From: Felis catus | Lineage: Eukaryota | Length of the DNA stretch: 64,000 nt | Reading direction: 5' to 3' | Assembly (NCBI RefSeq): GCF_018350175.1 | Contig: NC_058368.1 | Span: 184,204,001-184,268,000, forward strand | Shown: one piece after another, positions 57,951-64,000 of the stretch | Position numbering within the stretch: the first letter of the stretch is position 1 | Layout: each line of letters opens with the position of its first letter | The notes under the pieces: model-generated | Databases searched by the model: none | Told to the model about the DNA's origin: nothing | Seen by the model: the letters and a program-made list of their open reading frames with translations, nothing else | Translations under genes and position numbers: made by a program

Positions 57951-58470
57951 TCACTTCCTCTTATGTTGAGGAACTTGTTGTTGTTGTTTTTTAACAAATA
58001 TCATTATTTCTTGTTCTATTGTGTTATTCAGTTATATTCTTTGTGGAGGATTTTTAGGTTGGCAGTAAAGGATGTCCTGCATTTAGGGAAAACTCTCTAA
58101 GGACATGAAAACACTATTGTATATGTAGGTCAGCGATCAGAAATATTGGAGGAATCTATCAAATTCTATTAGTGGTTTCCCCATTCACCATGGAATTAGG
58201 AACCATTCAGTATTAAAATTTGTTTTCATGTTGCACTTTTATTAAGTTGCAATTTTGCCAAATTTTTAATATTTACTCTACAAAGACCTAAGATAACTTA
58301 TAAAGTATACTAAACTCCTACAAAACTTATTTTCCACAATAAGGGATAGCACTATAGGTCATCACAATACAGTGATGTTCCATTGCTAATTTTTTTTGAG
58401 ATAAGAAATGCTTTTAATAAATATTATCAGAGGTTAATTTTAAATTGTTTCAAGAGAATTTGACCCAACT

Positions 58471-58471
<1 letters not shown>

Positions 58472-58510
<39 letters not shown>

Positions 58511-58528
58511 TGTGCGCATCTGTGTGTG
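58472..58528. repeat. (TG)n microsatellite, imperfect
   Basis: Directly visible. Confidence 0.95.
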
Positions 58529-58876
58529 ATCACCATAATCACTATCTTTGCTATAAATCCATTTCTCTCTGTAGAGCAGGCAGTAGGTAACTTTTATCCC
58601 TATAACTTCTATCCTCTTCTCCTACTTGTCAGTTAATTTGTTCATTTCCAATTTTGGTAGTTTCTGGAATAATGCATAGTGGTTCAGACCCCTTTGTAAG
58701 CACATTTGTTCAGGTAAAATAGCATCTTGTTTTCATCCCCATCAAATAAAAAGAAAGTAGAAAGCATTTTTAACCTTGCTCTAAATTTTTATAATCCAAA
58801 TTTTAGGAATTAATTAACAAGATTATTACTGTGGCTTATCTCTCCCTTCCCCTTTTCCTGGCAGTTGTCTTCCTTT

Positions 58877-58946
58877 TATATATATGCATATACATATACA
58901 TACATATATACACATATACATATATATAAATATACATATATATATA
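58877..58946. repeat. (TA)/(TACA) low-complexity microsatellite
   Basis: Directly visible. Confidence 0.9.
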
Positions 58947-59099
58947 AATGTTTGAACTATTTTATTGTCCTCTGTTAAATAATATCGATTATCAATGTTA
59001 GTCACTTCCTTGTGATAAAGAGATTAATTTTTTTTTATTTTTATATGTTCTAAGTGGTTTAGTATAAAAAAAGATACCTAATAAAATAAATAAGCACTT

Positions 59100-59212
59100 G
59101 GGGCGCCTGGATGGCTCATTTGGTTAAGTGTCTGACTCTTAATCTAAACTCAGATCTTGATCTCAGAGTCATGAGTTGCAAGCCCCACATGGAACCTACT
59201 TAAAAAAAAAAA
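59100..59212 (+). mobile_element. Short SINEC
   Basis: GGGGCGCCTGGATGGCTCA...AAGCCCCACATGGAACCTACTTAAAAAAAAAAA. Confidence 0.88.
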
Positions 59213-59222
59213 GTCTCCTTTT

Positions 59223-59445
59223 GGGGCACATGGTGGCTCAGGTGGTTAAGCACCTGACTCTTGATTTTGGCTCAGGTCACGATCTCATCATCGTGAGATC
59301 AAGCCTCGCGTCTGTCTCTGTGCTGGGCCCTGGGTGTGGAGCCTCAAGATTCTCTTTCTCCCTCTAGGCCTCCCTGGTTTGCCCAAACACAGACACAGGC
59401 ACAGGCACAGTCTCTCTCTCTCTCTCTCTCTAACAAAAAGAAAAA
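59223..59445 (+). mobile_element. SINEC in tandem with the preceding SINE
   Basis: GGGGCACATGGTGGCTCAGGTGGTTAAGCACCTGACTCTTGATTTTGGCTCAGGTCACGATCTC...(CT)n, A-tail. Confidence 0.92.
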
Positions 59446-61183
59446 GTGCTTGTTTCCTGTCAATTCTATACCAAGTAAATGACACAAAACCAATAATCTT
59501 TTAATATCTTTAGAATCTCTGTTTTTGTTTCATTTTTGTAGACTTTGGGAAATTAAATAAGCTATTTTTTTTCCTTTTTATAAATTGTAGCAAATTTTGC
59601 TGTAAAAGGCTTTAGTGAAAGCAAAAGCTGAAGTTGGTTGTGGTGATAGCAGTGGGTCTTTTTAAAGAAAATTACTTTTTACAAACTTTATGCTGATTAG
59701 AATCAGAAGTATATTAATTGTCGGTAAATATTTGTAGTTTCCAAAGATGGAGAAATGTTCTTGCAAAAGAAATCAGGCAACATGTCCATTTCTTTCTTTC
59801 TGTTCCATTCTTTCTCTGTACCTAACTAACTCTAATTCTACCCCTGCAGAGTAACCCCTGACTGAGTCAGCTCATTCAGATGTTTGGAAACCATGCTGGC
59901 CCCCTTTTGAGTCAACTTTTCCTCAGCAGATGTAATAATACCATTGGTAGATCTTTGGGGAATTTTCCTTTTTTCTCTTCATCCTCATTACTCCTGCCAT
60001 CTGGTTCATTTCTGTTTTACTTCCATTCAGCAGATGTGCTCCCCTCACCCATCCCACAATGCCCTAAATGAATCTCCCTAGTTCAGCATGCCCATGAGTT
60101 TGGACAGGTACAGGGACAGAGAATGGAATAATGCCAAGGTCTTAGACCCATATTAAATCTGTTCAAAACAAGGAGACAATGTTTATACTTCTTCATGAGA
60201 CATTTCTTTTCTTTTGGGTCTATACAGTTAACATGAAAACAAAATCCTCATTTGTTGCCAAAGAAGGTCATATTTTATATGATCCAAACTTCTGCTCTTC
60301 TTGTGGTAGAAACATTGTGGCTTATTCCAGTGAAATTTGCCCAGCATTTGACATTCGTGGAGTATAAGTGGCTACTTGCACATAATTTGTTGAGTGACCT
60401 GTTATTGTTGACACTTTATACATGCTTAAGTAGGCAAGCCCAATAACGTTCTTGTTATTAAAGTGACATAAGAGAGAAATTCCATCCTAAAGTAGATATT
60501 AGTTCTGTTGAGAAACATGACTAAGTATGAAATAACTATCGCCAGAGTAAAGCCACATTTTTTTTATTCCTAAATTGTGAAGTACAGACTCTGAAATACA
60601 ATAGAAATGCAAAGAATGAAGATTCAGTTCTGGGAGGATGAAGAGAGAAAAGTGATAAAAGTGGATGATGAGGGCAGTTTGCCCACACTGAGATGAAAAC
60701 ACTAGACCTCTGTTTGAATCCCAAATTCCATTTAAATGTTATATTCTAGATATAATGATCTAAGATTAAAGTTTTTAAAAGTATTCCACATTCAGACCTG
60801 CTGAGAAGACGAGAATGAGATTAGGCAGTAATTGATAAAAGTTAAGATTATTCTTCATTTCCTAAGTCTACCTTCATAAGAAAATCTTTTTGTAAAAAAA
60901 GATTCTGCATCTCTAAATTACCACAACTGATTTGGGCATTTTGTGAGATATAGCAATGAAGACATTAATACTTTATAAAAATATATGTGAATTTATGTGG
61001 AATAGCATGCTTTGAAATGCCTGCTGACCTTTGAGGACCTTCATTATCAGGGGGACACAAAAGATTTGGGGTAGACAAGTGATAGTAGTAGGACTCTGTC
61101 TCCTGCCTCATAGAGATTTCCTTGTCTTTGTTTCTTGATTTCATTGGCTCTGGGACCACATGTACTCCTTAAGAAAACTTTTA

Positions 61184-61410
61184 TTTTTTTTTTAATTTTT
61201 TTTTCAACGTTTATTTATTTTTGGGACAGAGAGAGACAGAGCATGAACGGGGGAGGGGCAGAGAGAGAGGGAGACACAGAATCGGAAACAGGCTCCAGGC
61301 TCTGAGCCATCAGCCCAGAGCCCGACGACACGGGGCTCGAACTCACGGACCGCGAGATCGTGACCTGGCTGAAGTCGGACGCTTAACCGACAGCGCCACC
61401 CAGGCGCCCC
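61184..61410 (-). mobile_element. Young SINEC_Fc (felid-specific)
   Basis: Near-consensus GGGACAGAGAGAGACAGAGCATGAACGGGGGAGGGGCAG...GAATCGGAAACAGGCTCC...GAGCCATCAGCCCAGAGCCCGAC; CpG-rich; TSD TTAAGAA(A/G)ACTTTTA at 61169-61183 and 61412-61426. Confidence 0.97.
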
Positions 61411-61867
61411 ATTAAGAAGACTTTTAAATGAAAGTGTAAAGAATCTTAGGGAATAACCCAATGTAAATAAGCTCTGAAAGGCAATGAACTTGGGGGTGAA
61501 AATAGAACTAATGCATCATGTTACTGATAAAGGACGTAGTTTGTAGTAAATATGTGTATATAATAAGTTATATAAAATACAGCTAATAATTCTAGATCCA
61601 TTAGAAATAATCAAAGGTTTATTTAATGAATAAAGTTGTATGTGCATCTTTTTGTCTTCAAACTATTTTTTAGATAAGTGTAGTTTCTCAAAAAAAATAG
61701 TATGACTGACATGTATATTAACCTGTAAGAATGCATCTGCATGTTTTTATATATTATGAAAAATATATAATTCTGAGTTAAGAACTTTCAAATAACCTGC
61801 CTTTTTGTTTCCTTTCACAGGAATCTGATTATCATATAAATTCAGACTTAAGTACTCAGTGCTGAGA

Positions 61868-61960
61868 AACATGGAATCATTGAATTACATGGTAAGAGGG
61901 ACCTGAAATCTAATTATATCCAACAATATTTTATTACCTTAGGAGTAAATAAGTGTAAGA
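61868..61960 (-). mobile_element. MIR3/MIRc-like 3' remnant
   Basis: ATCATTGAAT...AGAGGGACCT...ATATCCAAC...ATTTTA resembles ATCATAGAA...AAGGGACCTTAGAGATCATCTAGTCCAAC...CATTTTACAG. Confidence 0.45.
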
Positions 61961-62478
61961 ATGTCAAATAAAAAACTCTGCCATCTTTTAAAGGTAATTA
62001 TATTCACAGAAAACCCCGAAGTTCAAAACCTGGAAAAAACTAAGACTCACCTATCTATAGCATATTAACATTATAGAGTTAACACCAAATAAAAAATATA
62101 CTGCCTATTTACTACTGTAATTACTCAATTAGGTGTTTTACATGATAGAACTACTGTGTGTTTGTTGATTTAGAAGTCATGGAAAATTGAAATGTCTGAG
62201 GGATTATGCAGATATGAACTGGAGCTGGACTGACTACAGATTAGACATTTAGATTTGGGCAAGGTTGATTTGGGGATCAGAAAATAAATTGGATATTAAA
62301 GGAATATCCTACAGAAAGAGAAAAGAGGACGCACATGTAGTTATTAGGGGAAAAAAGGAGGGCAACCAAAGAAGTCAGGTAATTAATAAAGGAGAGGTTC
62401 CTACTCAACTAGTTTTAAAGGAAATGTGTCTTCCTGAGTGTTTACATGCCACCAGGATTAGAGAATAAGAACATCAGG

Positions 62479-62698
62479 GGGGCGCTTGGGTGGTTCAGTG
62501 GGTTAAGCATCCCACTTAGGCTCAGGTCATGATCTCTTAGATCGTGAATTCGAGCCCTGCATCAGGCTCTGTGCTGACCACTCAGAGCCTGGAAGCTGCT
62601 TCAGATTCTGTGTCTCCCTGTCTCCCACTGTCCCTCCCCCACTCACACACACTCTCTCTCTCTCTCAAAAATGAATACATATATTTTTTTAAAAAAAA
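62479..62698 (+). mobile_element. SINEC (felid type)
   Basis: GGGGCGCTTGGGTGGTTCAGTGGGTTAAGC...CTCAGAGCCTGG...(CT)n; GAACATCA on both flanks. Confidence 0.95.
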
Positions 62699-64000
62699 GG
62701 AACATCAAGAAGAGTGTGTATGAAGCTGAGAGAAGAGATCCAATTAAAAGAGATAACGAGCTCAAAGCTAGAGCTCAAGGTTACAATGATAGCAAAGTCT
62801 CTCTGGAGTTGGGACATGATGGAACCTGAAGTCAGAAAGGAAGGTTTAGCTTTAGACACAAAAAGATGAAATGAGCATTTTTCTGAGACTTGAAAGAGAG
62901 ACTAGAGGGTGAGTGCAAACAGAACATTAAGCTTGGACAAAGATTAAAGCTGAAATTAAGGAAGTCAGCCTTCCTAGGCACAGTGGTGGGACCAACCACG
63001 TGTTGAGAAGAGAAAGGAGATACTGGAATCTTAGAAGAGAAAAAGTATGAAACCATTCTGGCTAGGCATATACTGAGGAGCCAGCAGGAAATAAAAGGAC
63101 TTATTAGCAGCAACAAAAAACAAGTTGTAGTTGTATTATCATACTTTATAGGACAGAGTAAGAACACTGGTTTTATATTTTAAAAAACTTTGACTTGTGT
63201 CCTAGTGTCATAATAATTTGACCGAACTGTTTTTTGGTAGTTACTGATATTAAATGCTTCCCTGTTCAGATCACTGAGTCTGTACAATGAGTAAGTGATA
63301 TTGTACCCATAAGAAAAAAAAATGTGTGTTTGTTATTAACATTTACTAGGAAAAAATAAATTCTCAAACTCTCTTGATTAACTTTATTTCTGTAAACAGC
63401 ATCACTGTTCCAGATGTTCTGGACTCATTTTTACCATGGGTCCAAGAACAAAGAAAATCTTAGAAAATCATTGTTTTCTCAAGCTTAGTTCAAAATGAGG
63501 CAAAAAAACATCTGTAAAAACTGGGCAAGAGAAAAACCAAGAAATCTATTCTGCTTCCATAAAGGAAAAAATGACATAGCTGAATCCGAGGGTAACAATA
63601 GAAATGAGGTCACCCTGCTATTATCTCAACAAGACGTTTTCTGTTTATTTGGATTTTTGTTTTGTTCTGTTTTGCTTTTTTATGTACTGGGCATTGGAAA
63701 GGAGGAAAAAGATTAAGCAAATGAAAATGCTTTTATGTTATAAATTCACACAACATTGCCAAACCCAAGGAGCAAAGTACTATTCATTTTCCATGTCTTG
63801 GTGTACAACAAATGGACACAAATGTGTCTCAGTCTTGCTAAAATATAAGCAGCGGGACATGGAGGTAGACTGGAGCCTTTCTAAATGTCTGGCTAACAAA
63901 ATGACAGAGTGAATATTTGGAAATTGAACTGAGCAAAGAAATATAAAATTTTTCCATGAACTTGTATAATTGAAGTCAAAGGAATTTATGACATAAAAAT

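Noticed and set aside
61184..61410. CpG cluster suggesting a CpG island or promoter
   Set aside because: Entirely explained by a young SINE
1445..62698. tRNA-like A/B-box sequences
   Set aside because: They are heads of tRNA-derived SINEs; no complete cloverleaf tRNA gene seen
1..64000. Repeat strand bias as evidence for a host gene orientation
   Set aside because: SINEs are about evenly split (11 plus, 13 minus by my count) and L1 fragments occur on both strands, so no orientation can be inferred
1..64000. A novel multi-gene biological system
   Set aside because: No credible coding genes, operon-like structure, viral internal genes or unexplained repeat arrays; the window is explained by known mammalian repeats plus unique non-coding DNA

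Overview
AT-rich, CpG-poor mammalian genomic DNA from a cat-family (felid) carnivore. The basis is about 24 tRNA-derived Can-SINE/SINEC copies, including near-consensus felid SINEC_Fc copies, plus carnivore/felid L1 3' ends. I find no supportable protein-coding gene, RNA gene, CpG island or CRISPR array. The longer ORFs in the track are mostly read-throughs of SINEs, L1/L2/MLT remnants or microsatellites. The window is a gene-poor intergenic or deep-intronic stretch made of layered repeats (SINEC, L1, L2, MIR, Tigger2a, MER20, MER58A, MER5, MLT1, LTR16, LTR33) separated by unique AT-rich blocks, some of which look like developmental enhancers. The best-supported structural points are a twin-primed (5'-inverted) L1 with target-site duplication (TSD) at ~46.9-47.6 kb, a three-layer nested insertion at 2.6-3.3 kb, a close tail-to-tail inverted SINE pair at 31.6-32.1 kb, several perfect microsatellite palindromes and a very young SINE at 61.2 kb. 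Candidate functional elements, all inference, are an octamer/SOX cluster (37.1-37.5 kb), a homeodomain-site cluster with an inverted repeat (23.9-24.1 kb) and a splice-signal-bounded cassette overlapping a MIR (61.8 kb). I see no evidence for a novel biological system. Subfamily names come from recall of consensus sequences and need RepeatMasker/Dfam confirmation; boundaries of old repeats are approximate.
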